Below are positions 30,187 through 39,988 of a DNA stretch of 64,000 nucleotides, in pieces. The notes below the pieces were generated by a model. It was not told the origin of the DNA. It did no database searches and saw only the letters and a program-made list of their open reading frames with translations. The position numbers were made by a program, and so were the translations under genes. Location: the NCBI GenBank assembly GCA_031414595.1, contig JANNVX010000004.1, positions 17,047 to 81,046 on the forward strand. Reading direction: 5' to 3'. The DNA is from Deinococcales bacterium. GTDB lineage: Bacteria > Deinococcota > Deinococci > Deinococcales > JAAFIG01. Position 1 is the first letter of the stretch; the number at the start of each line of letters is the position of its first letter.

Positions 30187-31689
30187 ATGAATTTTTTTGA
30201 TGATAAACCGCACGAAGAATGCGGGGTTTTTGCTGTCTACGCGCCAAGCCGCGACGTACCACGACTGGCTTTTTTTGCCTTGTACGCTTTACAACACCGA
30301 GGGCAAGAAAGCGCTGGGATTGTTAGTTCCGACGGGCAGACCGCCAAGATACATAAAGAAATGGGTTTGGTTTCTCAGGTCTTTAAGGAAGAACACCTCG
30401 AGATGCTCCAAGGTACACATGCCATCGGACACACTCGCTACAGCACCACTGGCTCGAGCCACGTTAAAAATGCCCAACCATACCTGATTCAAACCCTGCA
30501 CGGGGCATTATCGGTGGCGCACAACGGCAACCTGACCAATGCCCACACCCTGCGTAAGCGCCTGCTCGAGCGCGGCGGTGGTTTAAGCAGCACTTCGGAT
30601 TCTGAGGTGCTGACTTATATGCTGGCAGTCCCGACCCAGTTATCTGGCTTTGAAACGGCTCGAGTCAAAACCGAAGATGGCTCGAGTGTCCAAATTAAAG
30701 ATGTGGATTTCTGGCAATCGCAACTCATCAGTTTTATGCTCGAAGCCGAAGGTGCATACACCCTTGGGGTTCTGACCAAAGATGCAATTTATGGTGTCCG
30801 CGACCCGCAAGGACTGCGCCCATTGTGCCTTGGCAAACTCGAGGGCGGCTGGGTTTTTGCTTCTGAGTCCTGCGCCCTGAACACGATTGGCGCAGAATTT
30901 GTACGCGACATCGAACCGGGCGAAATTGTTCGTATAGACCAGCGTGGCGTGACCAGTCTAAAACTCGAGCATACCAAGCAACTGGCAATGTGCAGTTTTG
31001 AATATGTGTATTTTTCGCGCCCAGACACCAATCTCGAGGGCAATGTGGTTCATGATGTGCGCCAACGCATCGGGCGGCGTTTAGCCAAAGAAGCTCCTGT
31101 CGAAGCCGATATTGTTGTAGCAGTCCCCGACAGCGCTACCCCACACGGCATTGGTTACAGTTTAGAAAGTGGTATTCCGTACACCGAAGGACTGATTAAA
31201 AATCGCTACATCGGGCGGACGTTTATTACCCCAGACCAGAGCTTGCGCGAAATTGGAATGCAGTTAAAATACAACCCGTTACGTGCCAATCTCGAGGGTA
31301 AACGGATTGTTTTAATAGATGACAGCATTGTGCGCGGCACGACTTCTGGACCATTGGTTAAACTGCTGCGCGACGCTGGGGCTAAAGAGGTTCATTTGCG
31401 GGTGGCATGTCCACCGATTCGCCACCCGTGTTTTATGGGTGTGGATATGGCAACACGCGGGCAGTTAATCGCCCATAATCGCAGTCTCGAGGAAATCAGG
31501 GTGCATATTGGGGCAGATAGCTTGGCGTATATTTCTGAGGAAGGCTTACGGGCTGCCATCAGTAATACCGATGTGCCAAAAGAGGACACAGGGCATTGTT
31601 ATGCCTGTATGACAGGAAAATACCCGCTCAAGATTCCAGCTTGGTTATTTGAAGAAACGCGAGATAAAAATGTTTTTGAGGGCGCATAA
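30187..31689 (+). CDS. purF: Amidophosphoribosyltransferase
   Basis: EECGVF, QHRGQES, GHTRYST and IDDSIVRGTT motifs. Confidence 0.97.
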   Translation: MNFFDDKPHEECGVFAVYAPSRDVPRLAFFALYALQHRGQESAGIVSSDGQTAKIHKEMGLVSQVFKEEHLEMLQGTHAIGHTRYSTTGSSHVKNAQPYLIQTLHGALSVAHNGNLTNAHTLRKRLLERGGGLSSTSDSEVLTYMLAVPTQLSGFETARVKTEDGSSVQIKDVDFWQSQLISFMLEAEGAYTLGVLTKDAIYGVRDPQGLRPLCLGKLEGGWVFASESCALNTIGAEFVRDIEPGEIVRIDQRGVTSLKLEHTKQLAMCSFEYVYFSRPDTNLEGNVVHDVRQRIGRRLAKEAPVEADIVVAVPDSATPHGIGYSLESGIPYTEGLIKNRYIGRTFITPDQSLREIGMQLKYNPLRANLEGKRIVLIDDSIVRGTTSGPLVKLLRDAGAKEVHLRVACPPIRHPCFMGVDMATRGQLIAHNRSLEEIRVHIGADSLAYISEEGLRAAISNTDVPKEDTGHCYACMTGKYPLKIPAWLFEETRDKNVFEGA

Positions 31690-31744
31690 AAAGCAAGGCT
31701 TTATTGGCAATGTCAACTAAATTATCTCGTTTCGCATGAGTAAA

Positions 31745-32569
31745 TCAATCAGAATTAGTGTGATTCGGTATTGCATTGCGCTCAATCCACAAAGCAACAT
31801 CTTCTAAAAACCAACCTAACTTTTGTACGGATTGGAATTCAGTAATTGTTCTAAGCCAAGTTGAAAGTTCTAAGAAGGTCAATTGAAAAACAGGAATTCC
31901 CTGACTCTCTTTCCATCCTTGGACTTCAATATGATCATTAGCATTTGGTGAAAAATAAACAAAAGCTAATTTAACTGGCAAAGAAGGACGAAAATCTTTA
32001 CGAATAGCACGCTGGACTAAAGAAACCAACCTTTGCTTATCATTAATAATTGCAACTAACAAAGACTGAGGAAGAATAACAAGACAAAACTCGGGTTCAA
32101 AATTTTTGGCAAACACTCGAACTATGACCTGATGATTTTCAAGAGTCAGATATAGAAACTCCACGCTCATTGCATCATAAATTGGAATACACGCCCGAAG
32201 TTCGGATTTAAGGTCAAGGAAAGATTCAAAAACACTATTCTTAAAACGATAATTTAATACCAAAACATCTTCCAAAACGTGCATCATCTGCGATTCACTG
32301 AACGGCTGTTCGTAAGCCTTAGGGCGGTTTTCAATAAAAGCCTCGAGCATTCTAACTCGCTGTTCAGCATTAAAATACTTATAACGAAGCATTTCATAAA
32401 TAAGATCACATCGAAAGGGTTCGTTTTCTAGGGGGAAAACCAATTGAAAAAGACTAAATCCATATTCGTGGATTAAATCTGAAACATCCAATTCTTTATC
32501 AGACAGCCTAAATTCATCTGGTTCATCTTCCACAATGGTTCTCGTGGTGGTGTAAGCAACAGTAGACAT
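31745..32569 (-). CDS. Hypothetical protein (AT-rich)
   Basis: 274-aa ORF with GGAG RBS; no family recognised. Confidence 0.6.
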   Translation of the reverse strand: MSTVAYTTTRTIVEDEPDEFRLSDKELDVSDLIHEYGFSLFQLVFPLENEPFRCDLIYEMLRYKYFNAEQRVRMLEAFIENRPKAYEQPFSESQMMHVLEDVLVLNYRFKNSVFESFLDLKSELRACIPIYDAMSVEFLYLTLENHQVIVRVFAKNFEPEFCLVILPQSLLVAIINDKQRLVSLVQRAIRKDFRPSLPVKLAFVYFSPNANDHIEVQGWKESQGIPVFQLTFLELSTWLRTITEFQSVQKLGWFLEDVALWIERNAIPNHTNSD

Positions 32570-32650
32570 AATAAAACTCCAATCTTAAAATAAGTGAATG
32601 AATCTCTCGAGCCAACCTGAGTCAAGCGACTCACTAGAAATACCGATAGG

Positions 32651-33265
32651 CTAAAGCTCGAGCAAATGCCAACGCCCAGCCGTGTTAATAATTCGTGTTT
32701 CGCGCAGAACAGCTTCGCCAGCCGCTTCGTGAATATGACCGCAAATGAAAAGTTTAGGTTGCTTCTGACGAATATAAGAAAGAGCTTCTCTCGAGCCTGC
32801 ACGCTTACCAGAATGGGTTAAATCCACATAACCAAATGGTGGACCATGCGAAACAACAATATCCACAGCTTCAAAATCCCAAGCAGCAGCTTCTTCGTCT
32901 TCATCAATGGTCATGAATTGCCACCGCAGCAGCATTTCAGGTCGGTCATAAGCTGGCGTGAGCGCCACGCCGTAAATAGTCAAACCACTCGAGTGTGTAT
33001 AAGTGATGCCATCAATTGGAGTAACGCCCCACTGTTTCCAGAGATGATTACTAAAGCCAAGGTCGTGATTGCCATGCAGTGCCAGAACCACGGGGTATTT
33101 TTCTCGAGCTTCGGACAGGAATTTCTCGAACAGAGCGCATTCGGCTTTGGTGTGACGGTAGCCAAGGTTAGTCCAATCGCCACCGTGAATGAAGATGTCA
33201 GCATCAGGCAGGAACTCGAGTGTCGGGAAAACCTGATGGGTGTCTGATGTAATTAAGATTTTCAG
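32651..33265 (-). CDS. Metallophosphoesterase (calcineurin-like), probable CTG start
   Basis: Frame extends past the track start: LKILITSDTH...HGGDW...GNHD...SHGPP...CGHIHE; in-frame TGA three codons upstream of the CTG. Confidence 0.85.
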   Translation of the reverse strand: MKILITSDTHQVFPTLEFLPDADIFIHGGDWTNLGYRHTKAECALFEKFLSEAREKYPVVLALHGNHDLGFSNHLWKQWGVTPIDGITYTHSSGLTIYGVALTPAYDRPEMLLRWQFMTIDEDEEAAAWDFEAVDIVVSHGPPFGYVDLTHSGKRAGSREALSYIRQKQPKLFICGHIHEAAGEAVLRETRIINTAGRWHLLEL

Positions 33266-33330
33266 AAATTGTCACCTTTGACGGTTCGTTTTTAGCTATC
33301 TGCACTTAGTTTTCTTGATTCTAAAATTTG

Positions 33331-33696
33331 TCAGAGGAGGAATACTTTACGTGTCCAATCATCGTCGGCAGCAAAAGGTCCGTGAATTGACGCAAAACAG
33401 CCTTTGGATGCAACTTCTCTCTGAAGATCAGTATTTGCCCAATGAATATAGACTCTTTTGTCGTACAGATCGATTTCAGTGACTATACCGATAGCACGAA
33501 TTTCTATATTGGGAGAACCCTGACCGAGCATTTTTTTGATTGCAATACGATCACCAACTTTGATTTGATCTCGTGCCGCAGCTTGTGAAGGTTGTTCTTC
33601 ATCATTCCAGCCCAAAAACCAATAACCACGACGGGTAAACACGTCAAACATATCGTCACCACTGAAATTTGCACCTACAACCCAATAATTTGCCAT
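33331..33696 (-). CDS. Stand-alone EVE/PUA-like domain (McrB/Mrr N-terminal-like)
   Basis: YWVVGA..., W..GW, IKVGDRIAIK, IRAIGIV and V.W pattern. Confidence 0.55.
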   Translation of the reverse strand: MANYWVVGANFSGDDMFDVFTRRGYWFLGWNDEEQPSQAAARDQIKVGDRIAIKKMLGQGSPNIEIRAIGIVTEIDLYDKRVYIHWANTDLQREVASKGCFASIHGPFAADDDWTRKVFLL

Positions 33697-33748
33697 ATAA
33701 CTCCTTTTGATTCTGAGCGTTCTTCCAATTTGTAACTACCCTTAACAA

Positions 33749-33777
33749 AGCATAGCACAGCTTCAATCTTCTGTCAA
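33749..33777 (-). promoter_or_regulatory. Sigma70-type promoter
   Basis: Minus strand TTGACA-17 nt-TATGCT with TG extension. Confidence 0.7.
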
Positions 33778-33800
33778 TTTCAAATTTGAATTTCTTATTG

Positions 33801-34472
33801 CTAAGACTTCAAAATCTCGATTGCTTTAAGTCTGGTTGATTCCGAAGCACTATCAAGTAGCTTGACGGCTGCTTGTGTTCTAATGTCTCTCGAGTCACTT
33901 TGAAGCAGTCCCAAAAGGGTCTTTTCGATTTTTGCTTCCACTGCTTCTGGTAATGTGCTGGGCGTGAGCGCATTACCATCTACAATTGCAAACACAGTTT
34001 CTTCATTGCGTCCTTGCAGCTTGGTTACAGCTTTTTTGGCAGCATTAAGCATATCTTGAAATTCAGTGGGAAAAACTGCTCGAGACACGGTTTTCAAGTG
34101 CTTCACTCGAATCTGATGCGGATTCCCAACGTCGTCAGACATGGCTTTTTCATCAAAATAATACTCACTTGTGGTCTCGAGTAAGTGAATGTCTCGAGTT
34201 TTAATGCTTGGTGTAACAATAATTGACCCAATAGGTAGGTTCGCAAATGCAAAAATCTGCGTTGTGGCGAGTGAAACACTATGGCTATCCCCGTATTCTT
34301 TGCTCACAATTTCAAGAATTTCTTCATGAGATAGAATTTGATTTTTTGAATTTCTCAAATCTCCCAAACTTGGGTATCCTAAACTAGCAATCCTGCCACT
34401 TAAAAACTGCTCTTCTTTGTCCTTCCCGTCAGGTTTTGCTCGAACTACACACGCTTGTCTATTCGTTTTCAT
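33801..34472 (-). CDS. Mrr N-terminal-like (PUA-like) domain protein without a nuclease domain
   Basis: VVRA......EQFL....LGY..LGDL, F......G.IIVTP, EYYF and H...V..L....R pattern; TATCAT 6 nt before ATG. Confidence 0.55.
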   Translation of the reverse strand: MKTNRQACVVRAKPDGKDKEEQFLSGRIASLGYPSLGDLRNSKNQILSHEEILEIVSKEYGDSHSVSLATTQIFAFANLPIGSIIVTPSIKTRDIHLLETTSEYYFDEKAMSDDVGNPHQIRVKHLKTVSRAVFPTEFQDMLNAAKKAVTKLQGRNEETVFAIVDGNALTPSTLPEAVEAKIEKTLLGLLQSDSRDIRTQAAVKLLDSASESTRLKAIEILKS

Positions 34473-34575
34473 TTTTCTATGATAACACTTCAAAAGAGTT
34501 TTTGAATACCAATTGAAAACATGCAGATTGATTCTAGTGGTTGCTTGCTGCTTAAAATCTTTGTACACTCGAACC

Positions 34576-34860
34576 ATGACCATGATTACTGTTTCTACCA
34601 AAGCCCTTGCCGCGCTTGATCGTATCCGCTCTCAGCGTGGTATTCGCACTCGGGCTAAGGCGCTTGAGGTGATTGCTTTTGAAGCTGCGCCAGAACACCC
34701 GCTCGAGCAAAAAATCAGGGATGCTAAGACCGTTAAGCCCACTCGCCTTGAAGCTGACCGCGCTACGGCTTACTTGGCACGTAAAAAAGCGGGTACGGTT
34801 GAAACGTTTTCACCAGCCCAAGCTCTTAAAGAAGCGGCTAAACTGCGCGGGTCAAAGTGA
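34576..34860 (+). CDS. Putative antitoxin (RHH-like)
   Basis: Small basic ORF coupled to a RelE-like gene; TACACT 6 nt before ATG. Confidence 0.6.
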   Translation: MTMITVSTKALAALDRIRSQRGIRTRAKALEVIAFEAAPEHPLEQKIRDAKTVKPTRLEADRATAYLARKKAGTVETFSPAQALKEAAKLRGSK

Positions 34861-35156
34861 TTAAACCAGAGTTTGCCCCATACCGACTCGAGATTGAAAA
34901 ACCAGCCTTGAAAGACCTTGCCGACTTTTCGGCTGAGGATGCAGAACACATTATTGAAGTTTTGCAGCGTGTTGCGCTTACAGGCTCAGGCAATGTCGAA
35001 TGGTTAGAGGGTCATCGGTTACTCCGCCTTAAAGCGCCTCCTGCTCGAGCTTTGGTAGATGTGACTGATGGTGTGATAACGGTGGTACTTATCGAATCTC
35101 GAGACCAAGTGTATTCTAAAAAAACATTAAAACGAGTCAAAGCCTACAGGCGTTAA
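34857..35156 (+). CDS. RelE/ParE family toxin
   Basis: YRLEIEKPALKDL...LEG...RLK....RAL.....ITVV.I..R..VY. Confidence 0.75.
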   Translation: MIKPEFAPYRLEIEKPALKDLADFSAEDAEHIIEVLQRVALTGSGNVEWLEGHRLLRLKAPPARALVDVTDGVITVVLIESRDQVYSKKTLKRVKAYRR

Positions 35157-35359
35157 GTCTATTTTATACAAAGCTTACATACGCTTAAATTCCTCCTCTA
35201 AAAGACTTAAATCTCGAGTAACCGCCGAATTTATTGTGTGGCTCGAGATTGCAAAACAAATTTGGAAAATAACAAGCCCAGTGCTAAACTTCTGCCCGAG
35301 ATGATTGTCTTTGAAACTCAAGGCTTGCCTGAAACTGGGCAATCACGTACAGTGACTTT

Positions 35360-35611
35360 ATGACCCTGACCCTAGACCAAAATGGAAAACTCGAGCTTCC
35401 CAAAGCGATAAAGGAAGCACTTCATCTTGAATCAGGCAGTCAGCTTTATGCACAAATTGAAGGGGATAAATTGATTTTAACAGGTGTAAAAACAGCCGAA
35501 CTTAAACGCATCGGAAAACTTTTGATGTGGACAGGTGAAATAGACTCGAGTTTACCCGATGCGCTCGAGGTCATGCGTTCAGAACGAATCGGGCAAGTGG
35601 GTGGCTTTTGA
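35360..35611 (+). CDS. AbrB/MazE-type antitoxin
   Basis: LTLDQNGKLELPKAIKEALHL..G..L pattern. Confidence 0.8.
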   Translation: MTLTLDQNGKLELPKAIKEALHLESGSQLYAQIEGDKLILTGVKTAELKRIGKLLMWTGEIDSSLPDALEVMRSERIGQVGGF

Positions 35612-35712
35612 AAGTTTTAATTGATACTAATGTGCTAATTGCAGCCGTATTTTTGAATCATGAATGGAAAAAATTGAAAAACTCATTCATACACTTTAGA
35701 GATTACTTATGA
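35608..35712 (+). pseudogene. Truncated VapC/PIN toxin (34 codons)
   Basis: TTG-KVLIDTNVLIAA...NHE then unrelated sequence; overlaps the AbrB stop and the purD start. Confidence 0.8.
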
Positions 35713-38030
35713 AAAAACAAAACATCCTGATTATTGGAAGCGGCGGACGTGAACACGCGATTGCATGGAAGGTCTTACAAAGCCCTCGAGTTAAAAAAGT
35801 CTTTGTTGCCCCCGGAAATGGTGGCACAGCCTCGAGTGCAAAACTCGAGAATGTAGACATTAAAGCCATGGATTTTCCTGCCCTGCTCGAGTTTGCAGTT
35901 ACTCAAAAGATTGATTTAACGATTATTGGACCAGACGACCCATTGGCGGCTGGAATTGTGGACGTGTTTGAAGCACAGGGCTTACGGGTTTTTGGTGCAA
36001 GTAGGGCAGCTTCTAAGCTCGAGTGGAGCAAAGGTTTTGCCAAAACCATGATGCGGCAATGCAGTGTGCCAACTGCCGATTTTGCGGTTTGTACCAACTT
36101 AGAGGACGGCTTAGAATTGGTACGCGATTTTCCATTTAGCACTGAGGGCTTTGTGATTAAAGCCGATGGTTTAGCACTGGGCAAAGGCGTGTTGATTTGC
36201 GACACAGTGCAACAAGCCGAATATGCTTTAGAACAAATGTTTAGTGGTGCTTTTGGCGAAGCTGGACAAACTGTGGTGATTGAACAGCGCTTATTTGGGC
36301 GTGAAGTTAGTGCTTTATGTTTTTGTGATGGCAAAATTGCTAAAATGATGCCACCTGCAAGGGATCATAAACGGGCTTTGAATGGTGATAACGGACTGAA
36401 CACGGGTGGTATGGGCGCATACGCCCCAGCCCCAGACATCAGTGCTGCCTTGCTCGAGGAAATACGGGTTAGGGTGGTACAACCCATTTTAGAGGGTATG
36501 GCAGCCCGAGGCGAACCGTTTACGGGTGTTTTGTACCCCGGTATCATGCTGACCGAAAACGGCATCAGTGTGCTTGAATTTAACGCCCGATTTGGCGACC
36601 CAGAAACCCAAGTGCTACTCCCGCTTCTCGAGACGGACTTGCTCGAGATTATAGATGCTTGTATAGATGGCACACTGCATAACCTCGAGCCAATTTGGAA
36701 AAAAGAATCTTGTGCGACGGTCGTGATGGCAAGTGGTGGTTATCCAGAAAAGTACGAAACTGGTTTTGAAATTCTGGGACTAGGGGCAGTGCCAAAGGAT
36801 GTGATGGTCTTTCATGCGGGGACAAAACTCGAGCAGAAAAAAATCGTCTCGAGTGGTGGACGGGTTTTAAGTGTCAGTGCTACGGGCAAGAATCTCGAGG
36901 AAGCACTGCATAAAGCCTATTCTGGGGTTAAACAGATTTCGTTTCGTGAAGCCCATTATCGCACCGATATTGGACAAACTCTCTCCCCCAAAGAACAAGA
37001 GAGGGGAGCAACTGATGCTTATGCTGGGGCTGGGGTGAACATTGCCGAAGGAACTCGAGCCGTGGCACTGATGCAGGACGCGGTACGTTCGACCCATGAT
37101 GCTCGAGTGGTGGCTGGGGTTGGGGCATTTGGTGGGGTCTTTGACATTTCAAGCCTCAAGAATATGCAGCGTCCATTGTTGGTTGCCAGTACCGACGGGG
37201 TAGGCACAAAAACAATGGTGGCGGCTCAAATTGGCAATTGGACTGGGATTGGTGCTGATATTGTCAATCATGGGATTAACGATATTCTGGTTCAGGGCGC
37301 AAAACCACTTTTTTTCTTAGATTATATTGCGGCTAACAAATTACAAGCCGAATGGGTCGCCAGTATTGTCTCGAGTATGGCAGAGGCTTGCCGTGCTGCC
37401 AATTGCGTGATTTTGGGCGGCGAAACCGCCGAGATGCCTGGAGTCTATAAAACAGGTGAATCGGATGTGGCTGGGACAATGGTCGGTGCTTTAGAACATG
37501 GAAACCTAATAGATGGCACTCGAGTTGAGGTCGGCGATTGTATTTTAGCGCTGCCCTCGAGTGGTTTACACACCAATGGGTATAGTTTGGCTCGAAAAAC
37601 GCTGTCTGGGTTATCTTGGACAAAACCTCGAGCCGATTTAGAAAGCATGACCATAGGCGAAGCCCTGCTGATGCCGCACCGTTCGTACTTAGACCATATT
37701 AACGCCCTCGAGGAAGCTGGAATAGACATTCGGGCAATGGCACACATCACAGGCGGGGGACTCTGGGACAACATTCCGCGTACCCTGCCAAAAGACAAAG
37801 CCGCATGGATTAAACGCGGTACTTGGCGCATTCCAAGTATTTTTAAGTTAATTCTCGAGCGGGCAAAACTAAGTGAATACGACGCATATCACGCTTTTAA
37901 CATGGGTGTTGGGATGACTGTGATTATCCCAGAGAATCAACTTGTACAAGCCCTCGAGATTCTAGGCGATGATGTGTTTTTGATTGGCGAAATTATCCCT
38001 CGAGCCAGCCAAAGTGTGGTGTTGCAATGA
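35709..38030 (+). CDS. purD: Fused GAR synthetase / AIR synthetase (PurD-PurM)
   Basis: GSGGREHA, KADGLALGKGV, EFNARFGDPE, then YAGAGVNI, STDGVGTK, GGETAEMPG, HITGGG in one ORF. Confidence 0.95.
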   Translation: MKKQNILIIGSGGREHAIAWKVLQSPRVKKVFVAPGNGGTASSAKLENVDIKAMDFPALLEFAVTQKIDLTIIGPDDPLAAGIVDVFEAQGLRVFGASRAASKLEWSKGFAKTMMRQCSVPTADFAVCTNLEDGLELVRDFPFSTEGFVIKADGLALGKGVLICDTVQQAEYALEQMFSGAFGEAGQTVVIEQRLFGREVSALCFCDGKIAKMMPPARDHKRALNGDNGLNTGGMGAYAPAPDISAALLEEIRVRVVQPILEGMAARGEPFTGVLYPGIMLTENGISVLEFNARFGDPETQVLLPLLETDLLEIIDACIDGTLHNLEPIWKKESCATVVMASGGYPEKYETGFEILGLGAVPKDVMVFHAGTKLEQKKIVSSGGRVLSVSATGKNLEEALHKAYSGVKQISFREAHYRTDIGQTLSPKEQERGATDAYAGAGVNIAEGTRAVALMQDAVRSTHDARVVAGVGAFGGVFDISSLKNMQRPLLVASTDGVGTKTMVAAQIGNWTGIGADIVNHGINDILVQGAKPLFFLDYIAANKLQAEWVASIVSSMAEACRAANCVILGGETAEMPGVYKTGESDVAGTMVGALEHGNLIDGTRVEVGDCILALPSSGLHTNGYSLARKTLSGLSWTKPRADLESMTIGEALLMPHRSYLDHINALEEAGIDIRAMAHITGGGLWDNIPRTLPKDKAAWIKRGTWRIPSIFKLILERAKLSEYDAYHAFNMGVGMTVIIPENQLVQALEILGDDVFLIGEIIPRASQSVVLQ

Positions 38031-39382
38031 GTATCAAAAGTATTTCCCCGATAGATGGGCGGTATGCGAGGGTTACGCAACCGCTCGAGGATTTTGTCTC
38101 TGAATTTGCCTTAATGAAGTACCGTGTTTTTGTTGAACTTAAATGGTTAGAGTTTTTAACTCATGCAAATCTCGAGGGGATTCGGGCTTTGCAACCCTCC
38201 GAGTTTGTTTTCTTGGATTCATTGAACTCGAATTTTGCAGTCGCAGATGCCGAACGCATCAAGGAAATTGAGCGCACCACCCGACATGATGTTAAAGCTG
38301 TAGAGTATTTTATCCGCGAGAAATTCAAAGGCACAACCCTTGAAGATGTTGGCGAATTTGTGCATTTTGCCTGTACCTCTGAGGACATCAACAACCTCGC
38401 CTATGCCCTGATGTTAAAAAAAGCCATGAGTCATTGTCTTCAACCGCTTCTGCTCGAGGTCATGGATGCTGTTTCCTACCTTGCGGCAACCCATCAAGCA
38501 CTGCCGATGATGGCACGTACCCACGGGCAACCTGCTAGTCCAACCACACTTGGTAAAGAAATGGCAGTCTTTGTGTACCGTTGGCAACGTCAAATGCGCT
38601 TTCTCGAGTCGCAAGAAATTCTGGGCAAGTTTGCTGGGGCAGTCGGTAATTTTAATGCCCACACCAGTGCCTATCCAAATGCCGATTGGCGTGGTTTAGC
38701 CAAGGATTTTGTGACTTCTTTGGGCTTAACCTATAATCCACTGACCACCCAAATCGAATCCCATGATTTTATTGCCGAACTTTTCCATACCTTAATGCGT
38801 TTTAACCAAATTGCGCTTGGTTTTGCCCAAGATATTTGGCAGTACATCAGCCTTGGGTACTTTAAGCAACGAACCGTGGCAGGAGAAATTGGCAGTAGTA
38901 CCATGCCGCATAAAGTCAATCCAATAGATTTTGAGAATGCCGAAGCCAATCTGGGCTTAGCAAACGCGACTTTTGCACATCTGGCAACGAAGCTCGAGGT
39001 CTCGAGGTTACAACGCGATTTATCCGACTCGAGCGCCCTGCGTAACATTGGCGTGGGCTTGGCACACACCATGATTGCGTTCTCGAGCTTAAAAGCTGGA
39101 ATTGCCAAACTCGAAGTCAACACAACCAAAATTGCCGCCGACCTTGAAAACGAATGGATGCTCTTAGCCGAACCAATTCAAACGGTCATGCGAAAATACA
39201 ATGTGCCAAATGGGTATGAGCGTATGAAAGACCTGACTCGAGGTGAATCTGTTAATGCTGCTACAATGCAAGCCTTTATTTCGAGCCTCGAGATTCCAGA
39301 AACCGATAAAAAACGCCTCCTCGAGATGCGCCCAAGTTCGTATGTGGGTTTAGCGGCTGAATTGGTCTCGGAAATTGGCTAG
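38027..39382 (+). CDS. purB: Adenylosuccinate lyase
   Basis: SPIDGRY, HDVKAVEY and GSSTMPHKVNPIDFEN motifs. Confidence 0.97.
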   Translation: MSIKSISPIDGRYARVTQPLEDFVSEFALMKYRVFVELKWLEFLTHANLEGIRALQPSEFVFLDSLNSNFAVADAERIKEIERTTRHDVKAVEYFIREKFKGTTLEDVGEFVHFACTSEDINNLAYALMLKKAMSHCLQPLLLEVMDAVSYLAATHQALPMMARTHGQPASPTTLGKEMAVFVYRWQRQMRFLESQEILGKFAGAVGNFNAHTSAYPNADWRGLAKDFVTSLGLTYNPLTTQIESHDFIAELFHTLMRFNQIALGFAQDIWQYISLGYFKQRTVAGEIGSSTMPHKVNPIDFENAEANLGLANATFAHLATKLEVSRLQRDLSDSSALRNIGVGLAHTMIAFSSLKAGIAKLEVNTTKIAADLENEWMLLAEPIQTVMRKYNVPNGYERMKDLTRGESVNAATMQAFISSLEIPETDKKRLLEMRPSSYVGLAAELVSEIG

Positions 39383-39403
39383 ACTAAGGCTAAGAGGTGA
39401 AGC

Positions 39404-39631
39404 ATGAAAACGGTTACAATTTCACAATTTGAAGCAGATGTCCATGAACTCCTAAAAGCATTAGGTGATGGCGAAACAATTACAATTGAAAAAGATGGCG
39501 AACCATTTCTTGAATTGCAAGGCAAAAAGACAAAAACAAGCAATTGGTCGCCAGAGGTACAAGCACATTTGGACAATCCCAATCCTCATTGGTATCTCGA
39601 GCCTGACCCGTTTCCACGAGAAGTAGATTAA
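39404..39631 (+). CDS. Orphan Phd/YefM-type antitoxin
   Basis: MKTVTISQF......LL....GETITIEKDGEP pattern; no toxin follows. Confidence 0.7.
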   Translation: MKTVTISQFEADVHELLKALGDGETITIEKDGEPFLELQGKKTKTSNWSPEVQAHLDNPNPHWYLEPDPFPREVD

Positions 39632-39939
39632 GGCGTGTTTTTGCTATCTGTCCCAATGACCCAATCAAAACTATTCACGGCTTCTTGCAGAGAATCGTAC
39701 AGTGTCAAGTCTTTAGTCAACTCTGAATAGATAAGTTGGTCAAGGAAATATGCTTCATGGTCAAGGAAGTATTGAGTAGGGTTTTTGCGATTTATCGGAT
39801 CGCAATTTAGAGCAGCAAACCTACCATCTGACAGACTCTTAATGCAATGAATGCGATATAAAGCTCCTTCAGCCGTTTTTGTATAAACTTTAATATGTTC
39901 AAAAAATTCCTGCATACTCCACTCTATCTCTTCAAGCAC
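39628..39939 (-). CDS. Hypothetical protein
   Basis: ~100-aa ORF filling the purB-purN gap; start may be ATG 39915. Confidence 0.5.
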   Translation of the reverse strand: MLEEIEWSMQEFFEHIKVYTKTAEGALYRIHCIKSLSDGRFAALNCDPINRKNPTQYFLDHEAYFLDQLIYSELTKDLTLYDSLQEAVNSFDWVIGTDSKNTP

Positions 39940-39988
39940 GTATCTGCAATTTCATTGAGGTTTTTATAAAAAAAGTTAGGACACAACC

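Noticed and set aside
35157-35345. Possible gene remnant between TA modules
   Set aside because: No frame gave a recognisable motif beyond a weak VTRDLSLL
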